Source: Octopus sinensis (Eukaryota). Taken from it: a stretch of 64,000 nt of DNA. Of this stretch, positions 37,601 through 50,365 are shown piece after piece. Each line of letters begins with the position of its first letter. Position 1 is the first letter of the stretch. The translations under genes and the position numbers were made by a program. The DNA lies in contig NC_043009.1 of the NCBI RefSeq assembly GCF_006345805.1, positions 29,574,001 to 29,638,000 on the forward strand. The letters run 5' to 3'. The notes beneath the pieces are model-generated. The model saw only the letters and a program-made list of their open reading frames with translations, ran no database searches and was not told where the DNA came from.

Positions 37601-39729
37601 TGCTCGCCCAGCATCTATACCTCCGTGATATATTTATATAATTGAAATAGAAAATGTCAGATTCACTTACGTAGATTACATCATTATAGTTTACTGTCTT
37701 ACCTATGTGTAAACCTAAAGCATGTGACTAACTCTGAAATTAATTCGAATCTTGCCGTTTTTTGACAGGAGTCAATAGAAGTTGATGGAATTTTCGCCAA
37801 GCATCTACTACCATAAGCTCGACCTGATAAGTATCCATTTATATACTTACATATATATTTATTATCACACACTCTCCGTTATATGGACACAACTCACCGC
37901 ATACTCTTCTCTTCTTTATTCCTTCCCACCTGATCTCCAATCCTCATCTTACCCCTCTACCCTCCTTTCGATCACGCTTTTCAATTTTCTTTCCTTTTCT
38001 CCCAATGAAACGTCAAAGTCCCTCTTCTGTTTTCTGTTTCCTTTCCAAGTGTGAAACCAATAACACCTTTATGAAAACATCCCTTTTGTTCTGCTTGTCT
38101 TCCTTTTGTTCATTCATGTTATACATGCATAAATAAATACATATATAAAAACATCAGTGTAAATATATTTTACTGAGAAATATTATCACAGCAGGATATG
38201 ACATCTGCAAGATGAGCAAAATTCAGTGTTTTACAGACTAAGTACCTTTCATTTCACATCAAGTTAGAAACTAAAGGCCACTTTTATCATTAAAAATGCA
38301 GTGACCAAGTGAATGGAGAAGTAGAGCTCGATAAACAACAGAGCGCTCTTTTTCACAAGTTGCCTTAATAGCACCAACAAGTTAGAACCCATGAAAACCT
38401 CGAAGAATTAAATTAATGCTTTATAATCACTTTTATGCTCTTTGGTATTATCAAGTGAAGACCTGGTATTAATAGACATACACCAGAAGGTACCCTTCTT
38501 TATTTGCTTCTCAATTTAAAAATGACATCTTTCTTATGCTGTCATCGATATTGTTTTTATCCAAGGGCCTTCAATTCCCTTATGTATGGATATCCACAAC
38601 AAGTCTAGACTTTGCATAAAAAAATATATTCATGCATTTTGATTACACAGTAGATTTTATATACAGACATACATGTGTTTATGCGTGTCATTCAAAGGTC
38701 AGTTTACGTTTTTCTATTTCATACTTTAATATTTATAATTACATTTTCACAATAAATGTAATTATATCTGTTCGTGTATTTAATAAAGTTTTCTTTAATG
38801 TGATCTGATTAGATTACAATGCGGTCTTATTAGATTAGACTGAATTCAACGCCACCTTAACTCTGTTCCTGAAGAAAAAATAGATAAGTCTATCGTAATA
38901 TATCGTAATATAATGAACCAAACGAGTTTAGACAAATAAAATTACACATGAAATATAAAACAGTAAATATTAGAAAAATATACAAAAGACAAATCTAAAT
39001 AAGATATGACAATAACTGAATGGCGTATACTAAAAGTTGGTTTGTGTATCGTATTGTTGGTTAATACTTGTTTGAATAGACTAATGGTGATGATTTTAAC
39101 TGTTCCATGTTGACACGATGATATTAGTTACAAGTGACAGTTTAGCAGACAATAGATTCGCAAAGAATATTTTCAGTATCAATGTTGCACCTGAGTAAGC
39201 AATATTTCTTCATATTTAATGAAGAAAACTATTTTGTATTGAATATTGTAATTAATAGTATTCAAAATTTTTACTACAAATGTACATCGAAAGTTAAGCA
39301 CTGATTGCTTTACATTTACGTAAGATGTACTGCTATTAGCTGAACTTTATTTTGAAAAAGTTAATGAGACGGAAAACATGCATACAACGAGTACTAGCAT
39401 CGCATTTTCACGCGCTCAGTTTGTAAAATCACTGAACTCTTAAGATTCCAGTTACTAACTAATGGGCAATGATAGGCCGTGACTCGGTTATACAACTGCA
39501 AGTACATACAATGCAATGCGCAGTGATTCGAGTACGCTACTGGGAGATGAAATTATCGCACTAAATGTTGATAGGTTAGAATTATATAGAATGGGTGCAA
39601 ATTTGTTTGCAGTGGTATATGAAATATTAGCATCGTTTTTGTTGAGAACTGGATTATTCTTGGTGTTCTTGTGTGAAATGATGAAGAACTGATACATAAT
39701 TTGGTTGTATAGCCGGATACTAACTACTT

Positions 39730-40305
39730 GAATGGGGAACTATACCTAGTCAGTGATCGCTTCTTCCGGTGTATATAGGCTATAATTTACAACTAAGTTG
39801 ATTCTTTGGTACAAGTGAAGGAGGCCCAACAATGCCAAAATGCTAGTATTTTAAATGTTAGGAGCTTTATGACATATTCATACATACATTAAATATCGAA
39901 GGGCATTCCTTGACCAAGATTGTAGACATGAGGCTGATAAAATCTTAAGACTTGGAAGGTAGCTCCTTGAGTAACATTCTTTGTCTGATAACCTGGAACA
40001 CTTGACCAAAGAAGTCGCACGACTCTACCGCAACGTATTATCAGATGAAAAGATGAGCCTATATGAACAGAAGACTATGCATGGATATACTACTAGAAAG
40101 CTCCGTGATGATAGTAGCATTGATTATCAAAGCAGTCTGTCATGGACCAATGGCCGGATTACTACATCCCACTCTGAAGGGTATGCATTTACATTCCAGG
40201 AACAGGAAATATTAACCAAAAACCTGATGTCAACCGATGCAGACTTTGTGGAGTTAACACCAGAGATATCACCTGCATCATAAGCAGTTGTCCAAAAATA
40301 TTACC
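39730..40305 (+). mobile_element. R4/Dong-like (restriction-like endonuclease) LINE relic, part 1
   Basis: ORF 39981..40283 has EGYAFTFQEQEILTK, followed in another frame by CRLCGVNT.DI..IISSCPK (CCHC knuckle). Confidence 0.75.
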
Positions 40306-40320
40306 ATGATGTTATTTACC

Positions 40321-41207
40321 AACTAGAGCATCCAGAAAGCGCAAGCCGCCGCCAAGGCAATGCCAACGACCTCCCAACGATTATCCAGAGATGATTTTTA
40401 AAATGAGAATATCTGAAATAAACTCGACTGCTCTCGCAAACGAGAATGCTAAAAATGATCCCGAGCGCTCTCAAAAATTAAGTAAAAAAATAGAAACAGG
40501 AAAAATAATCCAGAATCCTTGTCCGGTACCTGATCGATCCCAGTGTAGTCATGGAATGTGAAGGTGGCTGTAGAAAATTTAGTTAACAAATTCACCATTC
40601 AAAATAGTTTGAAAGGCGGGGATAATAATAATAAGTTCTACTCAGGAATTTTTAAATGAATAGCATGAGACCTTTTGGCTTTCTCTTCTCTTCCAGCCTT
40701 CCTTTAGTATTCCTGTTGTTTTAGATCGCTGTATAGATGTATGTATATATGTAAGTACTGCAAAGTATTAACATGTATGGATAATATATAATATATATAT
40801 TATAAAAATATGTTCGTGTTAAATATTGAACGGTTTTGCTGCCGTTTCTTTATGTAGTTTGATTTCTTTATCCATCAGTTTCTACTGAAATAGAGACGGG
40901 AGTAAAATTAAGAATAGAGGAACGAAAATAAAACTTTGAAAACAGCCTAAAGGGAGATAATTGAGAAAGACTTGAAAGTCAACGTAAGATCGTAATCATG
41001 TAAAGTAAAGTAAATATAACAAATGATCCAGAATCCGTGACCGGTACCAGATCGATCGCAAAATCTAATGAATGTGTGCCAGTCACGAGTTCAAAGATGC
41101 CTGAAAGTTTAATCCGAATCCATCCCGCGGTTCTTGAGATATCTTGTCAACGGACAAACAAAACAAACACGCCTGGAAACAATACCTTTGCCAAGGCGGA
41201 GTTAATA
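40321..41207 (+). mobile_element. Helentron-associated (HINE/DINE-1-like) element, split into two parts, inserted in the LINE
   Basis: Starts aactagagca...gccgccgccaaggc and ends aatacctttgccaaggcggagtt; block atccagaatcc.tg.ccggtacc.gatcgatc occurs at ~40508 and ~41026; (CAAA)n near the 3' end. Confidence 0.65.
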
Positions 41208-41680
41208 AGACATGATATTGTAGCAAGGACACTCTATAATGGAATCAGTCGGAATAATAACCAGGAGGACAAATAAATAAGGACCAACAGTATGGCAGAA
41301 GCTCTATCCACTCATGACAAGCATGAGTACTGTTGCAATGTCCTCGATAAAATGCAGAGACAAAATGCCTGATATAATGATTTGGGATAGAGAAGAGAAA
41401 CTGTGTACGGTTGTAGAGACTAGTTGCCTAGCAGATGTTAACATATAGCTGAAGATCAGTGAAAAAGTGAATATCTAGGCTGAACTATTGAAAAATTTGA
41501 AGTTACTCTATGCAGATTACAAGTTCAGGTTTATACCCGTAATTATTGGAGCCTTGAAATATGTAACACACTGCGTAAATACCAATCTTGGGAAAGCTAA
41601 TTTGAAGACTACAGATTCAATCCTTCACAGAAACTGAAAAATATCTGTAAAGCTTTCCAGATGTTTATTGTGCAAATATG
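41208..41680 (+). mobile_element. R4/Dong-like LINE relic, part 2 (restriction-like endonuclease domain)
   Basis: RHDIVARTLYN continues the CCHC region, then MPDIMIWDREEKLCTVVETSC...LKISEK...FIPVIIGAL (PD-(D/E)xK-type endonuclease signature). Confidence 0.8.
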
Positions 41681-43824
41681 TATGAGCATGTCTAGATATG
41701 CAACTATATGCATGAAAATACATGCATAAAGCAAAACATACAAATCTGCACATATAAACACATAAAAACATACCTACCTGCAAACAAAATTACCCTGTTC
41801 TTGATGTTGAAATTACAATGAAGGGTAGAAATCGGCCCTTTCTCTATTGGCAAGAAATCTTGAAATAAAACTGGAAAATGACATAGAAATATACTTATAC
41901 ACATAAAACTATGTTAAAATTAGCTCTATTCTTGAATCAGATGCATAATTATCAAGGTGTCGCATACAAAATCCGGCAACATTCGAAACAAATATACTGG
42001 TAGTTGATGAAAATTACATCAATCTTAATCATTCACCAGATTTTATACCAGTTTCGTAAGTAAAGCAAGAAAACACACAAAGGCGCATGTGGAAAGTGTG
42101 CCATACTTTTATGCTGCGTAAGTTTTCAGTGACACTCTGTGAAATACAAACAGAAAGGAAAACAGATCCTACGACAATCAGCTGTAATAAAAATTTGGAG
42201 AGGAAAATCCAGAAGAAAACATGTTAAAGACAGGTCAAACGAATAACAGAAATTGAAATAGAAATGGAACAGAAGAAGAAAAATACAAAGGAGAATCTGA
42301 AAAGAAGTGGTAAAAAAAACAAAAAAAAACAAAAACAAAACATGGGAAGCATAAATGACAAGGATCAATCTATGAAAGAAACCCAGCAAATCCAAACTGT
42401 AGCGCAACAAAGGAACAGAGACTAACGAAAACTTGCTGCAAAACAACACAAACTTATAAAGAAAAGGAAATATAAGGATGATTTCGGAATAGGAAACCCT
42501 AAAGTTGTAAGTTATGACTAGGATAGCCTGAAGCTAAAAATGTTTGAAGATTTGCAAGCAATAAAAGAATTTCCTGTGAGCCAACGAAAGTACGTGCTAT
42601 GGGAAAATAAAACCCGCAAAAACAAATTGACACAGCGGTAAAAAAAAAACAAACAAAAAAAACATCCACAATCCTGTTGTTACACTATATTAAAACAAAT
42701 ATAAACCTGAATATCTCAGCAGAAATGAAATAATATATGGAACAGCTAGTGCGATATATATATCTAACAGCTGTTACATAGGTAATCTTTTTGGTGCTTT
42801 CTCAGGGTAACGTTAAAACACAGTAGCAAATCAAAACCCTGACACAAAACCCGGAATATACAGGAGTTATAAAAATGTGAAAATATATTTAATTCTTTGA
42901 AGAAATCAACAAGGAAAAGAAGCAACTGCAAAATGTAGGAACGTATATGTCAGGAATATGGCATAAACTAAAACACAAGTACGCCAAAAAGAAAAGAGAA
43001 ACTGAAATAAAAACCTGCAATAGATCGCATAGAAACCATCAATGTAGGAAATTTTAACAATTAATGGAATAAAAAACGCAGTTATACTCTAACTTGAAAT
43101 CATTTTCTCAAGAACCGGATAAAATGAAAGAAGAAATCAATTTCGAAACCAAACAAATAGAGAAATAGAAGGATTTTTGGAAGGCATGAACAGGAAAGGA
43201 AGAACAAGGTTATAACTACAGGAGCTAAAAAAGTGCTCTTGTAACCTACAAGGCTTTAAAGTCTCGTGCTTTACTTCGATGGAGTCTATAATTAATACTA
43301 ACTTAAAACTAATGATTTTCTTTTCCTCCCAGGTATAATATTAATTAGGAAATATTTCTTGCGAGCTGACATCAAATACGTTGATTCCCACTTAACTATG
43401 TTTTTCAAGCAGAAACATACCCTTGGAAATATTCCCCTCTCATGCATCCTAAAGCTGTCACACGGTTCTGTTAAAGCATATTTTTAAAAATTACATTGTC
43501 ATATTGTCACCCCTTTTAAAGATTTTAAGATGTAATTTTGAGAGTGATTTAGCTATTATTTCTAGCAATTTCAGCGATGTATTGGGAACACTCAGTGTCA
43601 AGACTGTAGCAAAATTGTGTTATGTACAGACTGTCACATTCATTTTTATGCATTAATGCACGGCATGATAAAAATATGATCTGTTGTTGTACTGAACGAG
43701 AGAGAGCGAGAGAAGGAGATGTAAGTAAGGGAGAGAAATAAAGAGAGAGAGTACGGCACAATATATTTGAGGCACTGAAGTGAGAGTTTGCTTTTAGGAA
43801 CTTTGCATCAAAGAGCACCGGACA

Positions 43825-44061
43825 TATATTTAAAAGACAAACGCACCCAAATTCTTAGATTTGCAACAGCAGCAGTCAAATTTCCTTCAGATCTTCCCCA
43901 GACTACGGTGAAGAATGCAAACCAGTCGATTTGGTTAAAAAGAGACGGTGAGCAATGACCAGAAGAATATTGAGTGAAACCTCATCTTGAGGATGGAGCC
44001 GGTGTATAATAATGTTGTCGAGAGGAAGGCCTCCAGAATGCACCATAAGCTTCTGGTATGT
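43825..44061 (+). other. Candidate promoter plus first coding exon (unassigned)
   Basis: TATATTTAAAAG at 43825-36; AGGATGG at 43990-96 with an upstream in-frame stop; 21 codons MEPVYNNVVERKASRMHHKLL ending at donor CTG|gtatgt (44055/56). No homology recognised. Confidence 0.25.
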
Positions 44062-44159
44062 AGAGCTTTCAACTAGAAATGTATTTAATCGTAGAAGTAA
44101 ACAGCAGCAACAGCACAACAACAAAAACAATATCAAAGAAACAACAGCCGGTTACTTAC

Positions 44160-44165
44160 GTGTCC
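44160..44165 (-). other. Candidate 6-nt microexon (GGACAC)
   Basis: Minus strand: long pyrimidine tract cccttttttcaattgaactctatttcattgctttctccctttgttgatccggcag | GGACAC | gtaagt, followed by UG-rich sequence. Confidence 0.3.
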
Positions 44166-45636
44166 CTGCCGGATCAACAAAGGGAGAAAGCAATGAAATA
44201 GAGTTCAATTGAAAAAAGGGATTTTAATCGTTTATCATTTCAGCTACTCTTTGCAAAGGCACTTATAATAGCTTAGCAATGTCGCGAAGTTCCTTCTAAA
44301 AGGAACCAATAAATACATTTCTGTCAGAATTCCGTAAAAAAGAGGACAATTAAAAAGTAATTCAATGAGACTATGTTGAGAACTTGTAATCTTGTTAAGA
44401 GAGCGAGTCAAATCTTATTATGTATATCTTGTTGCGAATTGAAAAGACTGCAGAGAGATTTGATTGCATCTTATCTGTATTTTTAGTTAAAATTACATAA
44501 TCTGTGCTACAAAAAATTACATTACTTAAACAAATCACATTTCTATTCACATTAACTACTTGGGCACGATATATTGGAGTAGAATGATTTGATGTGGGAA
44601 AATGCAACGTGTATGTGAGTGTGTATATATATATACATACATACACGCATACATGACTGTATGTATGTGTGTACGTATGTATTTATTGGCGTTTTACGGA
44701 AATGGAATGGTTTAATCAAGAATGAGATGACTTAGGTATCTCTAGAAGCTTAGGGCAGACGCCATTCGTATAGCAATTCAAGATTTGTCTATTAAATAGA
44801 ACCATTTTCAAATGCCATATAGACAATTCTAGATTCACCATAAATCTTCATTTCATCAAGTATATCGTTTGTTTATTTTAGTGCACGGAAAAAAAGAATG
44901 AAGACAAAAATCTACATATTTACGAAACATCTGTGATGACCTGCACATCATTTCCGCACACTATCATATTGATACGCAGATACACAAGCGAATATATATT
45001 CATATATACGCGAAAACTATTAATACTTATTCAGTTAAAAGATACAAAACATATTCTTAACGTTGATTCTATTAATTCTTAGTTCTAAATTCAAATAGAG
45101 AGAGAACAGATTTAAATATCGTAAAACTATAATAAACCTTATTTCCAGATTAAACAGGTAATAAAAAGACAAGCTGGCTAGAAATGTCCAACAACAATAT
45201 GCACGATCATATAAAACGAAGAAACAAAAGAATATTTCTTCTAGGCTATTTTCGCAAATAACTAATCTCTTTCACTTCATGTGGGAGTAGATTAGATCAA
45301 ATTCAGAAAACGACCTTACCATTTTTCTTATAACAAACTAAATAAACAGAAATGCTCGCTAGAACTTATCAACTTCCAGGTTTTTATAGCATTTTGCTTT
45401 CTGTCGTATAAATTTGCACCACAGAGTTGGTAAAAAGGACAGCGAAGTTAGAAGTTTGACGTCAGTTCAAATATCGCCTCCCATATATACCACTATATAC
45501 ACACACACACTACCACCACACACGAATACACACACATACACACACAAACACACACATGTGACTTAACTTGTCAATAATATTCTTTTTTAAAGTATATATA
45601 TGTATGTACATGTATATATATACATATGTACATATA

Positions 45637-45780
45637 CAGGAGTGGGTGCGTGGTGAGTAGCTTGCTTCCCAACCGCATTGTTCTGGGTTCAGTCCCACTG
45701 TGTGGCAGCTTGGGAAAGTGTCTTCTGCTATTCTCTCCAGCCGACCAAAGCCTTTGTTAGTGGATTGCATAGACGGAATC
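45637..45780 (+). mobile_element. tRNA-derived SINE family A
   Basis: caggagtgggtgcgtggtgagtagcttgc...gggttcagtcccactg...gccgaccaaagcc...gacggaatc. Confidence 0.8.
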
Positions 45781-45805
45781 TGTGCATGTATATGTGTATA
45801 TATAC

Positions 45806-45990
<185 letters not shown>

Positions 45991-46084
45991 CTTGTATCTG
46001 TGTTTGTCCCCACCATCGCTTGACAACCGATCTATGCAGGTGTGTGTGTGTGTGTGTGAGTGTGTATGAATGCATGTGTCCTAA

Positions 46085-46260
46085 TGGTTAGGCAAGTTAT
46101 TCTTAAGATTCGTGGTTTCGATTTCCAGACCGGCCGCGCGTTCTTTTCTTGAGCTGAAACACTTCATTTCACGTTGCTCCACTCCACTCAGCAGTAAACG
46201 GCCTACCCCGTGATGGATTAGCCTTCCGATCAAGGCGGAATGTTGTTCTCAATATGCAAG
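46085..46260 (+). mobile_element. tRNA-derived SINE with CORE-like body
   Basis: gtggtttcgatttccagacc head; ttgagctgaaacacttcatttcacgttgctccactccactcagc body; ccccgtgatggattagcc tail. Confidence 0.6.
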
Positions 46261-46479
46261 GCAACCATAAATCCACGACTTAGTACGATAACAAAGACTA
46301 ACTGTTTTTGTTTAGTCAATCGCACATCTGAAGTGTATGAAGAGCAATTGAATTAGCGAAAGCAGTGTTTCTTTGCTAAATCATTAAATTTCTAACACAT
46401 ATATGTCTCCTTATGTATATGCGTATGTATGTATTTATGTATATGTGTATGTGTGTGTTGAGTGTGTAATGTTTCAACG

Positions 46480-46575
46480 ACTCTACAACCACTACTGCCA
46501 ACACTGGTATTACTATCCCTACTATTAAAACGACTACTACTACATCCCCATCACCATGTTCCCAGCTAGAATCAG

Positions 46576-46634
<59 letters not shown>

Positions 46635-47200
46635 TACTACTACTACTACTACCAGAACGATTAATGGCGCTGGCATCATTGGAAAACTGCCACTAGTACA
46701 AATAATTATGTCTGTGGTACCATCACCATGACTACCGCTTCAAATAGTGTCAATACCTTCATCACGGCCATCCCTCACCTCTTCCTTCTCATCATCATCA
46801 TCGTCGCCGTCATCATCATCGTCGCCGTCATCATCATCATCATCTTCTTTTTCTTTTTTCTTTTTCTTTTTCTTCTTCTTCTTATTCGTCGTTGTCGTCG
46901 TCGTTATTATTATGACTATCATCAGAATGACCCCCAACCAATTCTACCACCCCTAAACTCAACTCCACCACCACCACGACCGCCAGCAACTACATCGTTA
47001 TTGGAATCGTTATCACCAATATTTTCACTATCGTTAACTGAACCCTTCTGCCCAGGAATTTCCAGCACCAACCAAATTCTCAAACTAACAATGCCGACAA
47101 CTACCCTCAACAGCAGCAGCAACAGCAGCAGCACTAGCAACAGCAGCAGCAACACTAGCAACAGCAGCAACATTAGCAACAATAGCAACAAATGGTCGCC
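46480..47200. repeat. (CTA)n, (CAT)n and (CAG/CAA)n low-complexity region
   Basis: Directly visible; it explains ORFs 46728..47267 and overlapping ones. Confidence 0.85.
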
Positions 47201-47557
47201 ACCCACATACCCCTTAACAATGGAAGTAAGCATCTATAGAATGTTAACTTTGATAAGGCATAATTAATTGAATTTTTTTTATATTTCTTCAATAATTAAG
47301 CGTGACTAAGATGAAAATGTCGACTATTTCAGCCGGAACACTTTCATATTCTACCTGAGGTGCTGAAGACAGGTGAAATCTTTAATTAGTTGTCTCATTA
47401 CTATAATTGGACTTTAGTTAAAGAAATAACACATGTCAACTGAGTACTGCTTACAGATAGATGGCGTCACTGTATTAGATAGTCACAAAGATATAATACA
47501 GCAATGCTGTTACTAATTCGGTTACTGCAAGCATACAACGCTATTGCTGTTGCTAAA

Positions 47558-47790
47558 GCTGCACTGTAGCCTAGAGGTTACGGCATGGGTTTTACAGTCG
47601 TGAGATCGTGTGCTCGAGTCCTGAGCTCTGCAAGCACATTTTGCCGATAAGGAAGGCGCAACATTACATATTGCTCCGATCTTCTCAGCTGTAAAATTAT
47701 TAGCAACTGACTGCAGGTAGACATATCTCTCTCCTCCAACAGCCACAGCTCCGAGGTTCCGTTGCATCGAGCATGACAGGTCTTAGATTG
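47558..47790 (+). mobile_element. Old tRNA-derived SINE
   Basis: gtagcctagaggttacggcatgggtttttacagtcgtgagatcgtgtgctcgagtcc tRNA-like head; ctcagctgtaaa CORE-like motif. Confidence 0.55.
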
Positions 47791-47855
47791 CATAGCTGAA
47801 AACAAAATACAGTATACTGCATTATTATACGCTATACAGACAGAAGCAATCTGAA

Positions 47856-48072
47856 GTATTCTTTTCTACTCTAAGCACAGGGCCCGACATTTTTGGGGAG
47901 GGGGCCAGTCAACTGGATCGACCCCAGTACTCAACTGGTACTTAATTTAGCGACCCCGAAAGGAGGAAAGGCAGTCGTCGACCTCGGAGGAATTTGAACT
48001 CAGAACGTAAAAGCAGACAAAATACCGCTAAGCATTTCGCCCGGCGTGCTAACGTTTCTGCCAGCTCGCCAC
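47856..48072 (-). mobile_element. SINE family C
   Basis: Reverse complement begins gtggcgagctggcagaaacgttagcacgccgggcgaaatg. Confidence 0.9.
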
Positions 48073-48112
48073 TTTAAGCAATGTGAAATATTACACATTC
48101 ATAAGATGCTGA

Positions 48113-48495
48113 GATGGCAGAAACGTTAGCACGCCGGGCGAAATTTGTAGCCGTATTTCGTCTGCCGTTACGTTCTGAGTTCAAATTCCGCCGAGGTCGA
48201 CTTTGCCTTTCATCCTTTCGAGGTCGATTAAATAAGTACCAGTTACGCACTGGGGCCGATATAATAGACTTAATCCGTTTGTCTGTCCTTGTTTGTCCTT
48301 TCTGTGTTTATCCCCTTGTGGGTAGTAAAGAAATAGGTATTACATCCGTTCTTAAGTGCTGAGTTCAAATTCTGCCAAATTGGACATTGCCTCTCATCCT
48401 TTCAGCGTCGATAAAACAAATACCGGTTGAGCACTCATGTTGATATAATCGGCTTTCTCTTTGTCTCTGAAATTTCTGGCCTTGTGCTAAAACTT
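48113..48495 (+). mobile_element. SINE family C with duplicated body
   Basis: tggcagaaacgttagcacgccgggcgaaat...gttctgagttcaaattccgccgaggtcgac. Confidence 0.9.
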
Positions 48496-48855
48496 GAAGC
48501 TGGAATTACGTGTACATACACGCACACACAAATTTATGTCACGTCCTTATAATATTTTGATTATCTTTAAAGATGACTTCACTTATGCAGCATTTCCTAA
48601 AAAGAACCGCAGAACTGATTTTCCTCGTTTTAAGCAGAGATATACACTTGTCCATTATAAGCTGAACCTTTGCAAAGCCATTGAATAAGCTCAGATAAGT
48701 GGAATGGAACTGTTCATGAGAGCAGGCATAAATATATATGACGTAATTTTTCCCTAGAAGCACGGGCCAACAAATGCGCTGTTTATTTCTTAAAACTCTC
48801 CTCTTTATCCTACTTTCTGATACTGCTGCTGCTGCTGTTACTACTACTACTACTA

Positions 48856-48891
<36 letters not shown>

Positions 48892-48988
48892 AACTACTAC
48901 TACTTTTCCAGCTTGATACATAACAGATATTGATCATTATAGACATAAACGTGGCTCTGTGTTCGTCTCTCTCTCTCTCTCTCTCTCC

Positions 48989-49030
<42 letters not shown>

Positions 49031-49036
<6 letters not shown>

Positions 49037-49590
49037 GCAGGAGTAGCTGTGTGGTAAGTAGCTTGCTTACCAACCACATGGTTCCGGGTTCAGTCCTACT
49101 GTGTGGCACTTTGGGCAAGTGTCTTCTACGATAGCCTCGGGCAGACGAAAGCCTTGTGAGTGGATTTGTAGACGGAAACTGAAAGAAGCCCGTCGTAAAT
49201 ATACCTATATGTGTGTGTATGTGTGTGTGCGTGTGTGTTTGTGTGCCGGTGTTTGTCCCCACACCCACGATTGAAACAAATAAAAGAATATTATATATAT
49301 ATATATATATATAAGGGCAGGAGTAGCTGTGTGGTAAGTAGCTTGCTTACCAACCACATGGTTCCGGGTTCAGTCCTACTGTGTGGCACTTTGGGCAAGT
49401 GTCTTCTACGATAGCCTCGGGCAGACGAAAGCCTTGTGAGTGGATTTGTAGACGGAAACTGAAAGAAGCCCGTCGTAAATATACCTATATGTGTGTGTAT
49501 GTGTGTGTGCGTGTGTGTTTGTGTGCCGGTGTTTGTCCCCACACCCACGATTGAAACAAATAAAAGAATATATATATATATAATATATAT
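49031..49590 (+). repeat. 280-bp tandem duplication, each unit containing a SINE family A copy
   Basis: 49031-49290 and 49311-49570 appear identical by eye, including copy-specific variants; joined through (TA)n. Confidence 0.9.
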
Positions 49591-49599
49591 ATATATACT

Positions 49600-50142
49600 T
49601 TCATAAATGAGGGCAAAGAAAAAATTTCTAATGCCAAATATGCCGAAAAATTGGACATATTGTCCATTAACCATATAATTTTTTCACAATACGCACGCTA
49701 CTCGAAAAAAGGTCGACAGAAATTTCTAAAAAATTCCATTATTACTATATCGGACCGATTTCAGAGTTATCTACTAAGAGCCCTCTCTTCGTCAGTGATA
49801 CATGTGGCAAAACAAATAAATGAGATACTTACTCATACCCATGGAAGAAGCAAATACTAAGTCATGGGCACAACTAAGTACCCCAAATACATCCAAAATA
49901 GAAATACTCCAGCCCATTCGAGGCACGTGCGATTTGAACTGAGGCTCTCACAGAGTGAGTTAGTTAGTTCGGAAGTGAACGCTTAAATTTATATCAAATG
50001 TGAGGATAAAATTCTTTTCGAAAAAAAATATTTTCTCGAAAAAAATTTTATCAATGGCCAGCATATTAAAAAATACCTTTAACGGTTAAATTTATAAACA
50101 ATTCATAAATGAGGGCAAAGGAAAAAAATTCTAATGCCAAAT
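49600..50142 (-). mobile_element. HHR-containing ~502-bp unit with ~40-bp direct terminal repeat (Penelope-like or retrozyme-like)
   Basis: ttcataaatgagggcaaag...ctaatgccaaat at 49600 and 50102; hammerhead core inside; homologous blocks shared with 51033-51738. Confidence 0.65.
49741..49802 (-). ncRNA. Type I hammerhead motif with imperfect helix I
   Basis: Minus strand: TGTATCA-CTGACGA(49795-89)-AGAG...CTCT-GAAA(49762-59)-TCGG-T-CCGA-TA-TAGTA. Core and helices II and III are intact; helix I is weak. Confidence 0.6.
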
Positions 50143-50147
50143 GTGTG

Positions 50148-50365
50148 TGTGATATGATCAATAAGTATCCAGATTGTTGCCATAGTAACGAATCCAAAGC
50201 ATGCAGTGTGAAGCTGCTTGGTACACATTGACCTTTAACTCTGCTGTGCATGCACACCAGGTTTTCCAGCTCACTTCCGCTGTTTACGACACTGTTTATA
50301 AGGAAGGTGAGTAGTGTGTGAAACAGCAACATTTTGGACTTACGACTCTCACTTTCTCCATGCAT
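50148..50365 (+). mobile_element. 5' fragment of the same mariner family as 3766-4994
   Basis: gatcaataagtatcc...atagtaacgaa...aagctgcttgg...ttccgctgtttac matches the reverse complement of ~4790-4994. Confidence 0.8.

Noticed and set aside
45380-45429. Possible second exon giving a signal-peptide-like join (MHHKLL-VFIAFCFLSYKFA)
   Set aside because: It depends on the unproven 43993 start, and hydrophobic frames are common in T-rich DNA.
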